Source of the DNA: Candidatus Dadabacteria bacterium
GTDB lineage: Bacteria; Desulfobacterota_D; UBA1144; Nemesobacterales; CSP1-2
Assembly (NCBI GenBank): GCA_963805855.1
Contig: CAWDVW010000005.1
Location: 1 to 64,000 of the forward strand
Length of the DNA: 64,000 nucleotides
Direction of reading: 5' to 3'
The notes beneath the pieces are model-generated. The model was not told where the DNA came from and ran no database searches. It saw only the letters and a list, made by a program, of their open reading frames with translations. Made by a program: the position numbers and the translations under genes. Shown here piece after piece: positions 52,028 to 62,935 of the stretch; position 1 is the first letter of the stretch; every line of letters begins with the position of its first letter.

Positions 52028-52686
52028 CTCTTCCGATTTCCTCTTCCTTTTCCTTTCGGCTTCCCCGTATCCGTCGTCTCTCCAAAATCCTCTGGAACCG
52101 GAAGCACTCGGAATGTAACGCTAGTAAAATCAGCACTCAGAACAATATCATTGTCTTTGCTCACCTTGTCATCACGCTTTAGGTTTAGATCCCTCACATT
52201 GACTATCCGCGGCAAGTTGGAGATCCTGTCAAAAAAATTAGCCAACTGTGCGTATGATCCCGCGACTTTCATCTGTATAGGAACTTCGGAATATATGTCC
52301 TTTTTCACCTCTTTTTTTGGAACAAAATTGACCGGCTCCAACCCCGAGGCAGATACTTCAGCATATACCCCATCAATCAAAGCGGGTATCTCTTTCTCCT
52401 GTGGTAGCCTCATAGAAGCTATTTCAAACTCCCTATTTAACCTTTTGAACTCTAACTCAAACTTTGGCAGCTCTCGTGCAATTGATTCATATTCGTCTAA
52501 TTTCTTCTGTAGTCGTTGTAGATTACCCCTAGAGACTTTAAGCTCCTCCGCCCCCGGGGACCAGACGAAATACCAATAGATTCCAGAAACTACTATCACT
52601 ATTCCCGCTAGAATAGCAATCTTGGTGCGAAGGGGCTTTTCTTGAATTGACTCAATAAATTCAGTTAACTGTCCCATTTTATTCAA
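52024..52686 (-). CDS. pilO: Type IV pilus assembly protein PilO
   Basis: TM, coiled coil, LPQEKEIPAL, YSEVPI...GSYAQLANFFDRISNLPRIVNV. Confidence 0.92.
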   Translation of the reverse strand: MNKMGQLTEFIESIQEKPLRTKIAILAGIVIVVSGIYWYFVWSPGAEELKVSRGNLQRLQKKLDEYESIARELPKFELEFKRLNREFEIASMRLPQEKEIPALIDGVYAEVSASGLEPVNFVPKKEVKKDIYSEVPIQMKVAGSYAQLANFFDRISNLPRIVNVRDLNLKRDDKVSKDNDIVLSADFTSVTFRVLPVPEDFGETTDTGKPKGKGRGNRKR

Positions 52687-53294
52687 AGATTCGCCTTGCT
52701 TTTTCCCTCATTCGGCTTTTCTTCGTTGTTATTATCTTCTACGGCCTTTCCCGAAAAGTTAAGAATCGATTCGATCACAAAACTCCTCAATGGTAAATTT
52801 TGCATCGCCTTTCTCTGAATCTTCTGAATCGAAACAAGTTCTACGTCGTTAAAATAATTTGAAGACTTAAGGCTTTTCATGAAATCTGAAACCGTGAACT
52901 CATTCCAGGCAATCCCTTCCACTTTCGCATTATTCCCTTTTTCTGTGAATTTGTCGATCCAAGCCCTTTGAGGAATTGCCTCTGCCAATGACTCCATGAC
53001 ATATAATTGAGCTGCACGATTTTGTTCCAACAGCTCAATTAATTTGATCCTGCGCTCAAGCTCCGCATTCTTTGCCTTAAAAGCCTCAACCTTTTTCTTA
53101 ACGTCCTCCAAATCTTTTATCCTCTTCTCAACCCTAAGCGTCGCTTTATTCACATCCCTCAATGATTTAGCCTGGTATAGGTGTAAGGCTAAAATCGAAA
53201 CTATTAAGGCAAATATTACGAGGCCACCCACAATAATGTCACCAAATGCTCTAGCCTCAACTTCTCCACCTGGTAATAGGTTTATTCTAATCAA
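52683..53294 (-). CDS. pilN: Type IV pilus assembly protein PilN
   Basis: MIRINLLP, TM, coiled coil. Confidence 0.92.
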   Translation of the reverse strand: MIRINLLPGGEVEARAFGDIIVGGLVIFALIVSILALHLYQAKSLRDVNKATLRVEKRIKDLEDVKKKVEAFKAKNAELERRIKLIELLEQNRAAQLYVMESLAEAIPQRAWIDKFTEKGNNAKVEGIAWNEFTVSDFMKSLKSSNYFNDVELVSIQKIQRKAMQNLPLRSFVIESILNFSGKAVEDNNNEEKPNEGKSKANL

Positions 53295-54340
53295 AACTTA
53301 TCTCCTACTTTTCTTAGGGCAAGTCCAACAGCAACACACATTTTGGGAGCTATATCCTTAATATATTCTGGATCAAAATCGCTCACACTATACATTATGT
53401 TTCTAAATGGATTAACCGCTTCAACCTTACAATGTGTAATATTTTCGAGCTCCGACCCCAAGCTTGGGACCTTTGAAGAGCCTCCTCCAAGCATTATCGT
53501 CTCTACCTTCTGTTTTGAAAATGTCGACGAGAAAAAATCTAAGGTTCTTTTAATTTCTCCGCAAATAGACTCTCTAAAATCGTTAGCAATCCTATTCAAT
53601 TCTGCTGTAATTTCTTTAGTTCCCAGGGATAATTTCAGCATTTCTGACTCCTCGAACCCAATCGCTAGCTCCTTCTGAGCCCATTCGTTAAACTGATTCC
53701 CCCCCATGGCCAAGTCCCTGGCAAAGATCGAAATCCCGTTCTCTAAAATATTTATGTTTGTGATCGCAGCACCTATATTAACTAAGGCCAGAGTCCCATT
53801 TGCTTCCGAGTAATTAGCTTCATACATGTTTTCAAGGGCAAATAAATCGATATCCACTACTACAGGATTCAAACCAACCTCATTTACAATCTGAATGTAA
53901 CCATTTGTCAAATCCTTCTTCGCGGCAGCTATAAGCACCTCCATCGTTCCATCTGAATCCTCGCCCGGTAGAACCTGAAAGTCATAATTTATATCTTCTA
54001 TATTCTGCGGTATAAACTGCTTAAGTTCCCATGGGATAGCTTCGCGCAACTCATCGTCACTCATAGCAGGAAGACTTACCTTCTTTATGATTACAGAGTT
54101 TCCAGAAATTGAAATAACCACGTTTTTTGTCTTAAACCTGAGATTATCGATGAGCGAAGATAAGGCATCTATTACGGCGTCCTGATCCCTGATAACCTTA
54201 TCGACGATCGCATCAGGTTGAAGCAATGTTTCTCCAACATTCTTCAATTGATATCCTTGCCTTGTTTCCCTGATCTCGACAAGTTTTATTGCACTTGAAC
54301 CTATATCGAGTCCTGCGACTTCTCTTTTTCCAAAAAGCAA
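53291..54340 (-). CDS. pilM: Type IV pilus assembly protein PilM
   Basis: GLDIGSSAIK, LVNIGA, GGGSS, AVGLALR. Confidence 0.95.
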   Translation of the reverse strand: MLFGKREVAGLDIGSSAIKLVEIRETRQGYQLKNVGETLLQPDAIVDKVIRDQDAVIDALSSLIDNLRFKTKNVVISISGNSVIIKKVSLPAMSDDELREAIPWELKQFIPQNIEDINYDFQVLPGEDSDGTMEVLIAAAKKDLTNGYIQIVNEVGLNPVVVDIDLFALENMYEANYSEANGTLALVNIGAAITNINILENGISIFARDLAMGGNQFNEWAQKELAIGFEESEMLKLSLGTKEITAELNRIANDFRESICGEIKRTLDFFSSTFSKQKVETIMLGGGSSKVPSLGSELENITHCKVEAVNPFRNIMYSVSDFDPEYIKDIAPKMCVAVGLALRKVGDKF

Positions 54341-54580
54341 TTCATTCTCCTTTGTTACGGTTATGATTTAAACATATTCATTAAGTTTTTGCAACTACTA
54401 ATTCATAATATTAAAAAAATCTTTAAACTCTACTTTAAAAAGATGATAACCAGAGAAATTATACACCATAACCAACATACAAAGCTATCTCAAAATTTAA
54501 TTATAGCTTTTTTGAAGACTACATATTAAATCTGTTTCTAAGAATCAACAAATATCAGAACCGTAAAGAAAGCCTGTTAA

Positions 54581-57500
54581 CTAAGGCATATACGCCTTTT
54601 CCTCAGATGGTGTTTTGAAATAATTACCCTGACCGTATTTTACTTTTAACCTTCTCAATAAATTTCTAACCGCCTCCGTCTCGACACCCTCAGCAATTAC
54701 TTCTTTTCCCATTAAGCGAGATATTGTTAATATTGCTTTCACTATAGCACCACTTGTCGGATCTGTAGTTAAGTTTTGGGTAAAAGAACTTTCAATTTTT
54801 ACGAAATCCACCGGCAGATCAATTAAATGAGCAAATGAAGAGTAACCAATTCCAAAGTCATCTAGTGCAAACTGACAACCAAATTCTTTTAATTTAGTCA
54901 TCCATTCTCTCAATCGATCCATATTCGTGATGCTGGTAAACTCAGTTATTTCAAAACCAATATGATCTGAAACTTTTCTGTCTACCTTTATGGCATTAAG
55001 TATATAGCCGAGCAGAGATTCATCTCTCAGGCTTGAACCAGATAGATTGATAAAAATCTTAGCTCCCTCTTTTTTACGTATAGAACTAATAACTTTCTCC
55101 ACCACCCACCTATCAACCTTAGACATCAGCCCAAAACGCTCGGCGGCCGGAATAAACGCTTTCGGATAGATCATATTTCTATCACCATCGATCATACGCA
55201 CTAAAGCCTCAGTGTACAGGTGCTCACCATCAACCAAGCTTATAACCGGCTGATAGTGAAGTGTTAAGCGATTCTCTTGTAATGCGTCATTGATTCTGAT
55301 GGCCCATTGACTAGCCCGATCGGACTTTCCTCTGCTGTAATATCTTGAATGATAAATGATGATTCGGTTCTTACCTTCATACTTTGCTTCAGCTAGTGCA
55401 GCATAGGCTGATGCCATGACTATTTCAGGATCCGACTTACTATCAATTAAGGCAATTCCAACACTCAGGTTGATTTGAAAATTATAGCCTTTAAGGTAGT
55501 AAGTCTTTCCTCTTATTACCTCCAAAAACCTTTCTGCTATTGATTTTACTTGACTTCGTGACACGTCCTGAATTACCCATGCAAACTCATCACCGCCGAC
55601 TCTGGCTAATAGATCACTGGGTCGCATGGCATGCCCCAGGACCTTCGCCAGATCTATTAAAACCTGATCGCCTTCAATGTGACCAAGTGTATCATTTATC
55701 AGTTTAAAATTGTCTAAGTCCATGACGACCAGCGCATGTTTTTTTAAAGTATCAGAATCGTTCAGCAAACTATCTAAAGCAGCTTGAAGCGCGCGGCGGT
55801 TTGGAAGATCGGTCAAATAGTCATGCATAGCCATATGGCTTATCTTTTCTTCCTGATGTTTACGTTCTGTTATTTCAATGCTCATACAAATAAACTCGAC
55901 ATTAATACTGGTCGATGGTATGGGAAATAAAGTTGCATAGACCGTACCTTGTTTTCCTTCACGACTGATGAAATTCCACTCCGTAGGACCAGAAGGTTTA
56001 CTTGATTCAACTACCTCTTTGAGAATTGAATTGAATTGTTTTGCTGATTCATTGTCCAAAACTAATTCATCCAAAGTTCTTCCAATCGCTCGATCCGCAC
56101 TAAACCCGAAAATCTTTACGGCAGCACGGTTCCAATGTAGTACTCTTCCAACTTTGTCGAGACTCACGATTGCAACATTTGGAGTATTGTCAAAGATGTA
56201 GCTTAATCTCTCTTGGCTTTCCCTAAAAGCTTTCTCTATTTGCATTCGTTCAGTTATATCTTCTACTACTCCCATAACACCGACCACCTTTCCATCCGAC
56301 TCGCGCAGCGGAGAAGCCGTGACAGATAACCATAATTTTGCATCACTGGTAGTCGGTTGATATAAGCTTTCCTGATGATGTGTGCTTCCTTCAAATGCCT
56401 TTTGTACAAAAGGTACAAAGGCCTTGTCTTTGAGCTTATTCAAGTCAAGCCCAATTATTTTGTCGTTAGAAGATTTGAAAATTCGAACCAATTGTTCGTT
56501 ACAGTTAGTTATTTTAAGTTCTCTATCAATGATAAATACACCCAACGGTGATTGATCGAAAAGTATTCTATAACGCTCTTCTGATTGTCTCAAAGCCTTC
56601 GCTTGTCGGGCATTATTTACTGCTGTCTCTATCTGTTTTGCGACACTATCGAGCAATCTTAATTCTTCTTCGTCAAAAGCATTGAAATCTAAAGAATTTA
56701 TAGCAATACAACCTATCGTTTTTCCTTCATGTTGAATAGGCATCGAAGCATAACTTTTTGTTCCCACTTTCAACCCCGCGGGACCGATGACCGTATCTTT
56801 TTCAGCATCGGCTACATACAAAGGTTTCTCCTCTATGATTGTTTTCCATGTAAACCCTCGGGGATAGGGTATTCTTCCAACCTTTTGTATGAACCATTCT
56901 GGATAACCCCTATATGCCTTCATGACCGCGTCTTGGCCTTCAACCATGTATATACAGACGTTGTGACAACCATGGATATTTTCATTCATCGCTTCAACTG
57001 CATTGTCTAGCACATCCTGTAGGTTTATGGACCGATGGACAGATCGGGTAACGGTACTTATGATTGTCTCATATCGATTCTTTCTGGATAGTTCTCTGTA
57101 GAGATTCGCTCTTGCTACCGCAACTGCAATTTGATCTCCAATAGCCACGAGTAATTCCACCTCACGTTGTGAAAAAACGTGCTCCGCATAGCTTAGCAGC
57201 CAGATTACACCTATAGTTTTGGTCTGAAGCTTTATGGGAATTCCTAACATACTACGAAATCCTAAGTCACGCCCGGCCGGCCCCACGTCCTTATTCTGAC
57301 CTGCGTTGCTAACGTTTAAAATTTCACCAGAATTCATAACCTTCCATGTAACCCCCTTGGGTTCGGGGATCCTCGAGGCTTTTTGCAGGAAATTATCAGG
57401 AAAGCCCCTATGGTCTTGAAGAACAGCTTCATTTTTCGCATGATCGACTAGATAAATGCACGCAATGTCCACATAACCTTGTTCTACGACCTTATCTAGT

Positions 57501-58123
57501 GCAATCCTATATACTTCGTCCAGATCGAAGGACTGGTTCATTGCTTGAGTTATGCTATTTATTATTTTAAGCTCTTTTTCCGTCCTCTCGCGTTCTCTGA
57601 TTTCTGCCTGTAATGATTCATTTGTTGTTAGCAAATCTGAAGTCTTTTCGCTAACTCTTTTCTCTAATTCGCCCTGTACCCTTTTGAGGGATTCTTCCAC
57701 CCGCTTATTTTCAGTGAGATCTTCGCATACTATCATAATGAACTCTTTTTCGTCGTCTCCCACGAAGACACAAGCAGACTCTCGAACCCACAATAAAGTG
57801 TTATCCTTACGGAGCGTTCGAAAATCCCACTGATATAATTTTTCAGGATTCTGCAAACATTTTTTCAATTGCTCAGTCACAGTTTCATGCTCTTCAGGAT
57901 GAAATACCATAAGAACAGACTTACCTATTAGCTCTTCGACCGTATAACCAAGTTGTTCGGCACCAAACAAATTAACAAACCTAATCGTACCAAGGGCATC
58001 AACAGTGAAATACATGCTGGGATTCTCTTCATATAAGGTACGATACCTTTCCTCGCTTTTAAGAAGCCTTTCTTTTAACCGCTCCTTCTCCAATCTCAGT
58101 TTTGCATAAGTAATTTGATCCAT
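54581..58123 (-). CDS. Cytoplasmic PAS-GAF-GAF-PAS-PAS-GGDEF-EAL diguanylate cyclase/phosphodiesterase
   Basis: RPSD I-site and RVGGDEF; EALVRM, LDDFGIGYSS, AEGVE. Confidence 0.93.
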   Translation of the reverse strand: MDQITYAKLRLEKERLKERLLKSEERYRTLYEENPSMYFTVDALGTIRFVNLFGAEQLGYTVEELIGKSVLMVFHPEEHETVTEQLKKCLQNPEKLYQWDFRTLRKDNTLLWVRESACVFVGDDEKEFIMIVCEDLTENKRVEESLKRVQGELEKRVSEKTSDLLTTNESLQAEIRERERTEKELKIINSITQAMNQSFDLDEVYRIALDKVVEQGYVDIACIYLVDHAKNEAVLQDHRGFPDNFLQKASRIPEPKGVTWKVMNSGEILNVSNAGQNKDVGPAGRDLGFRSMLGIPIKLQTKTIGVIWLLSYAEHVFSQREVELLVAIGDQIAVAVARANLYRELSRKNRYETIISTVTRSVHRSINLQDVLDNAVEAMNENIHGCHNVCIYMVEGQDAVMKAYRGYPEWFIQKVGRIPYPRGFTWKTIIEEKPLYVADAEKDTVIGPAGLKVGTKSYASMPIQHEGKTIGCIAINSLDFNAFDEEELRLLDSVAKQIETAVNNARQAKALRQSEERYRILFDQSPLGVFIIDRELKITNCNEQLVRIFKSSNDKIIGLDLNKLKDKAFVPFVQKAFEGSTHHQESLYQPTTSDAKLWLSVTASPLRESDGKVVGVMGVVEDITERMQIEKAFRESQERLSYIFDNTPNVAIVSLDKVGRVLHWNRAAVKIFGFSADRAIGRTLDELVLDNESAKQFNSILKEVVESSKPSGPTEWNFISREGKQGTVYATLFPIPSTSINVEFICMSIEITERKHQEEKISHMAMHDYLTDLPNRRALQAALDSLLNDSDTLKKHALVVMDLDNFKLINDTLGHIEGDQVLIDLAKVLGHAMRPSDLLARVGGDEFAWVIQDVSRSQVKSIAERFLEVIRGKTYYLKGYNFQINLSVGIALIDSKSDPEIVMASAYAALAEAKYEGKNRIIIYHSRYYSRGKSDRASQWAIRINDALQENRLTLHYQPVISLVDGEHLYTEALVRMIDGDRNMIYPKAFIPAAERFGLMSKVDRWVVEKVISSIRKKEGAKIFINLSGSSLRDESLLGYILNAIKVDRKVSDHIGFEITEFTSITNMDRLREWMTKLKEFGCQFALDDFGIGYSSFAHLIDLPVDFVKIESSFTQNLTTDPTSGAIVKAILTISRLMGKEVIAEGVETEAVRNLLRRLKVKYGQGNYFKTPSEEKAYMP

Positions 58124-58464
58124 CGTGTTACCCCTATCCTTTGATTATCTGTAGTGTTTTTACCGTTTCTTGCCCTTACGAGTCTCATCATGATAAGACT
58201 TTACTAAGACACGTAGACCATAATAGCGTTCAAAATTGCCCCTAACGTTTAAGACTCTAAAACGGTGGAGTATATTAATGCCATGATCTCCGGGGCACCT
58301 TTCGCTCCTTGTTAGAAATGAATTAATCATGATTCAGTATACTAACTATTATAAAATAAAGGCAGATTAAATTAAACCTCAATATCCTTGATCTAAGATA
58401 TTGCCTTAAATGCACCAGGAAAAGCTTTGAATTTAAGAGATTAGTTGGAGGTTATTAGATCGGG

Positions 58465-58848
58465 TTAAGAACCCTCTACGGGATCAAAAAATATTTCCAC
58501 ATTTTTTGTGACCACTTCGGAAGGGTCAGCGTTCACTGTAACCGAGAAAAACTTTCTGTCTCCTGGAAATAAAACGTCATCCTGCTCTACATCACCAACC
58601 TGCACGGAATCCGCGCCGACAACACTTCCTCCCTCGTCCATTAAGGTAATCAGCACAAAAACTGAATGAACTGGGCTAGCACCATTGTTCACTACGGAAC
58701 CATTGAATTGTAGACTCCCATCCTGATTAATGCTCTCGAGAATAGGTCCATCCAATGTTACAACGCCACTATCATTGGGTGCTGCACATCCCCAAATTAA
58801 CACGATTAGAAGCAAACCTGAAATTAGCAAAGACAAAGCGTTTTTCAT
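58465..58848 (-). CDS. Small lipoprotein with Ig-like (FxLYD-like) domain
   Basis: Lipobox-like IWGC; GSVVNNG...LMDEGGSVVG...LFPGDRKFF. Confidence 0.65.
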   Translation of the reverse strand: MKNALSLLISGLLLIVLIWGCAAPNDSGVVTLDGPILESINQDGSLQFNGSVVNNGASPVHSVFVLITLMDEGGSVVGADSVQVGDVEQDDVLFPGDRKFFSVTVNADPSEVVTKNVEIFFDPVEGS

Positions 58849-59600
58849 TTATTTCTCTTATCAGCTATGTCAGTAATTGAAATTACATTCTTCCTGGATT
58901 CGTGCTTACCTGGTTGCCCCTCGCCTTCAGTCATATTATCCTCTATCATGTCTCCCAGAATCTTATGCATTAGCCTCAGTGAACCCAATGAATGCTCTTT
59001 GATATATCCCTTTTCAAACACTACCTCCTTCTTTTTCCTCAAAAGGAAATAGACAATAAACGCCTGGTTATTAAGAACGACGAGCATCGCCGCATACAAT
59101 AGAAAGTTATCCGCTAATACTTTTTTTAGTATAGCCTTAGTATCTGAATCTATTTTAACAATGCCGAATGGTTCGCTATCTTCTTCAATAGTAAAAGGTA
59201 CCGACACAGAAATTACGCCATTTTTCTTTTTTACCGAATAACCTCGCTCAGGATAAAAATCGTCCATAAAATAACCTGAAGACATACCGGTCTCCACGTC
59301 TTTTTTCACAACAACACTGAAAAATTTAGGGGCAATTTCAAAGGTATTAAAGAGCTTTTTCCTGCCAAGCCTATCATCAAGAAAAAGATAGAACTCGTCA
59401 CTGGTTGCTTTATTACCAACATGAGTAAAGAAACTGCTTGCCTGCTCACCAATGGTTTCAGCAATTGCCTTGGTCTTGTTCACAAGCTCATTCTTTGCCC
59501 TGTCAAACTGAAAAAGAAATACAAGCCCAACAAGAGCAAATATGCAAACCTCGATCCCGATAGCTTGTGCAATTGTCACTAATTTATTCGTTATGCGCAT
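58845..59600 (-). CDS. Two-TM membrane protein with extracytoplasmic domain
   Basis: Two hydrophobic segments; overlaps both neighbouring genes. Confidence 0.7.
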   Translation of the reverse strand: MRITNKLVTIAQAIGIEVCIFALVGLVFLFQFDRAKNELVNKTKAIAETIGEQASSFFTHVGNKATSDEFYLFLDDRLGRKKLFNTFEIAPKFFSVVVKKDVETGMSSGYFMDDFYPERGYSVKKKNGVISVSVPFTIEEDSEPFGIVKIDSDTKAILKKVLADNFLLYAAMLVVLNNQAFIVYFLLRKKKEVVFEKGYIKEHSLGSLRLMHKILGDMIEDNMTEGEGQPGKHESRKNVISITDIADKRNK

Positions 59601-60004
59601 TTCATAAACTCTTCAAGAATCTCCTGAACATTGTCATTCTCAGAACGCCTGAGAAGCATGTAAATCATCCCGGTAAAATCGCGTCTCATTTCGGAGTCAA
59701 GGGTTCTATACAACCTTACAAGCATTTTTTCGCTTTCAGTAAGCACCTGTACGGCATCCTGAAAGATTCCTTCCCTCTCCATAAATTTGTTTAACCGTTC
59801 ATTCCTAGCCACATTCCAGAGCTCTTCGAATTTCAATCCAAGGATATTTGCCATTTGCTGACATCTTTCAAGGGAAGGTGCGTCGACTTTTCCAGTTTCA
59901 AGTTGATGAATAAAGACACTGGAAACATTCAGTGCACGAGCCAAGTCCTCCTGAGTGATGCTTTTCTGCTTTCTTCTATTCTTCAAATATATTCCGAATT
60001 TCAT
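59591..60004 (-). CDS. XRE-family HTH transcriptional regulator
   Basis: FGIYLKNRR...ITQEDLARAL...IHQLETGK...PS; SD GGAGG. Confidence 0.88.
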   Translation of the reverse strand: MKFGIYLKNRRKQKSITQEDLARALNVSSVFIHQLETGKVDAPSLERCQQMANILGLKFEELWNVARNERLNKFMEREGIFQDAVQVLTESEKMLVRLYRTLDSEMRRDFTGMIYMLLRRSENDNVQEILEEFMKCA

Positions 60005-60577
60005 TTAATAGACCTCCGTCAAAACGGTTATTTAATGAAAAGAAAACTAAACCCTATTCAATTCTACACTAAAAAGTGATGGGATAGCAAGCATTTTTTA
60101 TCTGCGATATTTAATTATATACCGTTAGGGAAATAGTGGTAACCCTTTTTATATTAACCCGAATTAGGGAGACAGGGATTTTATCCATGCTAAATTCAAA
60201 ATACTCCATAATATCAGAGGGTTCTAACGCGAGCTGGAGGGGGTTAGTTGCTTTAGCGAGGCAATGCAGCTTCCAATCAAGCCCTCCCGCGAAATCCATC
60301 GTGAGTCACTGCCGGTGATAAATCTGAATTTTCCCCTAATTTATTTATCAATCAAATAAACATAGTACTGACCATCTGCGGCCAATGATGTCTTTAGAAT
60401 CAATTTTTCTCTCCCCGTTAATAATTCGTGCGCTTATTTAAGATATTATGAACGGGGGTCCTTATTGTGTAATTTAATTATCGGCATATAGAAATCGAGC
60501 CACTACAACGTTTAAAATAATATATTAGTAGATTAGTCGTAAGACTATATTTGAGTTATTATGAATTCGGTAAATCT

Positions 60578-61252
60578 ATGAGAATACTAGTTATAGAGGA
60601 CGATAAAAAGATTGGCTCTTTCGTCGTAAAAGGACTTAAGCAGGCAGGCTTTGCTGTAGACCATGCGATCGACGGGGAGGATGGCATTCATCTGGCTCTG
60701 CACGAGTCCTACGATGCTGCAGTCATTGACATAATGCTACCTAAACTTGACGGTCTGAGCCTTATCGAAGAGCTCCGGCGGCAAAAGGTCAATACCCCTG
60801 TGATCATCCTGAGTGCAAAGCGTTCCGTGGATGATCGGATTAAAGGGCTTCAAACAGGGAGCGACGACTACTTGACGAAGCCATTTTCCTTTTCGGAGCT
60901 TATCGCCCGTGTGCAGGCACTTATCCGCAGAGCCACAAGTACGACAGAGCCAGTCGGCTTAGAAGTTGGAGAAATATCCATTAATCTCCTCACGCGCGGG
61001 GTGACCAGAGCGCATAAAAAGATTAACCTGCAACCCCGTGAATTTGCTTTACTCGAATACCTCATGCGTAATCCAGGAAGAATAGTTTCCAAAACCATGA
61101 TTATGGAGCATGTCTATGATTACAACTTTGACCCGCAGACAAATGTAGTAGATGTATTGATTTGCAGATTGCGAGATAAAGTTGATAGGGATTTTGAGAA
61201 AAAGATGATTCACACTGTACGAGGGGTCGGGTATGTTCTTAAAGAATCCTAA
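60578..61252 (+). CDS. OmpR-family response regulator (CusR/CopR-like)
   Basis: MRILVIEDD, IDIMLP, DDYLTKPF, PREFALL, TNVVDV, HTVRGVGY. Confidence 0.93.
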   Translation: MRILVIEDDKKIGSFVVKGLKQAGFAVDHAIDGEDGIHLALHESYDAAVIDIMLPKLDGLSLIEELRRQKVNTPVIILSAKRSVDDRIKGLQTGSDDYLTKPFSFSELIARVQALIRRATSTTEPVGLEVGEISINLLTRGVTRAHKKINLQPREFALLEYLMRNPGRIVSKTMIMEHVYDYNFDPQTNVVDVLICRLRDKVDRDFEKKMIHTVRGVGYVLKES

Positions 61253-62618
61253 ACTCTTACTGAAATCAAGCGGCTTTAGACTCATAACTTGGTACACCAT
61301 TTTGTTCATCGTTAGCTCGCTTGCGATAAATGTTTACGCATATACAGTCATTTCTTCTTTTATTCACGGACAAAGCCGAAAGGAAATCGAAGAAGACATC
61401 AATGATCTTGCAAAACTATATCAGGGAGAAGGATTGGAAGCTTTACACCAGGATGTTTTTGAAGACGAGGAAGAAACCTTTCTAATCCGCTTAATCGGAA
61501 GCGATTCTATTCCAATCATTTCAAGAATCCCGAAGGATTGGTCAACTTCAAGCGTTCAGCAACTTGAAAAGAGCGGCTATCTCAAAGACAAAGAGTGGAA
61601 CATTCTCAAGGACGGAGATGGTGAGAATGAATTTGAAACAACTTCTCTACGCATGTCCGACGGTACGACCTTGCAACTTGGTCAAAACATAGAAGAGCGG
61701 GAGGATCTTTTGAGCAGGATTCGCAAAGTATATTTGATCGCAATCATCCCTATAATTCTGTTTGCTTACGTAGGCGGAGTATTTATTGCCGACCGCGCCC
61801 TGAATCCGATTCGACAACTTATAAATACTCTTAATTCAATTGTCTCAAGTGGCAAGATAGATGTGAGAGTTCCAGTCGATCAAACTGATAAAATGCATGA
61901 AGAATTGATTACACTTTTTAATTCGATGTTGGAAAAAATCGAAGCCCTTATGATTGGAATGCGAAATGTTTTGGATAATGTCGCACATGACTTGCGAACC
62001 CCTATGACGAGATTGAGAGGCACCGCTGAAATGGCATTACAGTCCGAGCAGAAAGCAGACGTTCTCCGGGAGGCTTTGAGCGATTGCATAGAAGAATCCG
62101 AACGGATTCTCATAATGTTAAATACACTCATGGATATATCGGAGGCAGAGACCGGAGCTATGAAACTCGATCCAGAGGAGATGAATGTCGCGCCTCTGAT
62201 CGATGATATCGTCGAGCTCTACGGTTATACCGCTGAGGAAAAGGGCGTTTCGGTATATACCGGTTTTCCTAAGGAGCTTTACATAACTGCCGACCGCAAC
62301 TGGGTACGGCAGGTCCTGGCAAATCTAGTTGATAACGCAATTAAGTACACCCCGAGGGGCGGAAGAGTTGACATCGAAGCGTGTCGCGGGGAGAAAGAGG
62401 TCATTATAACAATAAAAGACACCGGGGTTGGAATTTCCCAGGAAGAGCTTGATAAAGTATGGGAGCGTCTCTACAGGGGCGAAAAGAGCCGGTCCCAAAG
62501 AGGACTTGGGCTGGGCTTAAGCCTTGTCAATGCAATAGTCGGGGCGCATAGAGGATACGTCCAGGTCTCAAGCGAGCCCGGCGCCGGCTCTGTCTTCACA
62601 GTTTCCCTCCCCGTTTAA
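61233..62618 (+). CDS. HAMP-domain sensor histidine kinase
   Basis: Two TMs, AHDLRTPMTR, NLVDNAIKY, DTGVG, GLGLGL. Confidence 0.93.
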   Translation: MFLKNPKLLLKSSGFRLITWYTILFIVSSLAINVYAYTVISSFIHGQSRKEIEEDINDLAKLYQGEGLEALHQDVFEDEEETFLIRLIGSDSIPIISRIPKDWSTSSVQQLEKSGYLKDKEWNILKDGDGENEFETTSLRMSDGTTLQLGQNIEEREDLLSRIRKVYLIAIIPIILFAYVGGVFIADRALNPIRQLINTLNSIVSSGKIDVRVPVDQTDKMHEELITLFNSMLEKIEALMIGMRNVLDNVAHDLRTPMTRLRGTAEMALQSEQKADVLREALSDCIEESERILIMLNTLMDISEAETGAMKLDPEEMNVAPLIDDIVELYGYTAEEKGVSVYTGFPKELYITADRNWVRQVLANLVDNAIKYTPRGGRVDIEACRGEKEVIITIKDTGVGISQEELDKVWERLYRGEKSRSQRGLGLGLSLVNAIVGAHRGYVQVSSEPGAGSVFTVSLPV

Positions 62619-62619
62619 C

Positions 62620-62742
62620 TGGGGACAGACACTTTTTTTGGTCAACCATTCTGATAATATGAAACAGATCAATAGTCTGAAGTTTTTCAGTTCAGTCTAG
62701 TTGAGGTTATTGTCTAAATGTTAGTAAAAGTGTCTGTCCCCA
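62620..62742. repeat. 123-bp element bounded by perfect 17-bp inverted repeats (REP doublet/MITE-like)
   Basis: TGGGGACAGACACTTTT (62620-62636) and AAAAGTGTCTGTCCCCA (62726-62742). Confidence 0.75.
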
Positions 62743-62935
62743 TGTTTGAATTTTGAAGGTTGGGTATTGAAGCTTGTTTGAGATTTGGAAATTGTGATTT
62801 GGTTTTTGCTTTTCATTTTGCGACTTAGTGTGTGAACAATTACCTTTCCAAACTGTAATGTTGGGGAAAGGTTTATGCAATTTTAGCTAGATATAATCCT
62901 CAATATATCAAATCAAATTTTTGGAGGTATTAATT

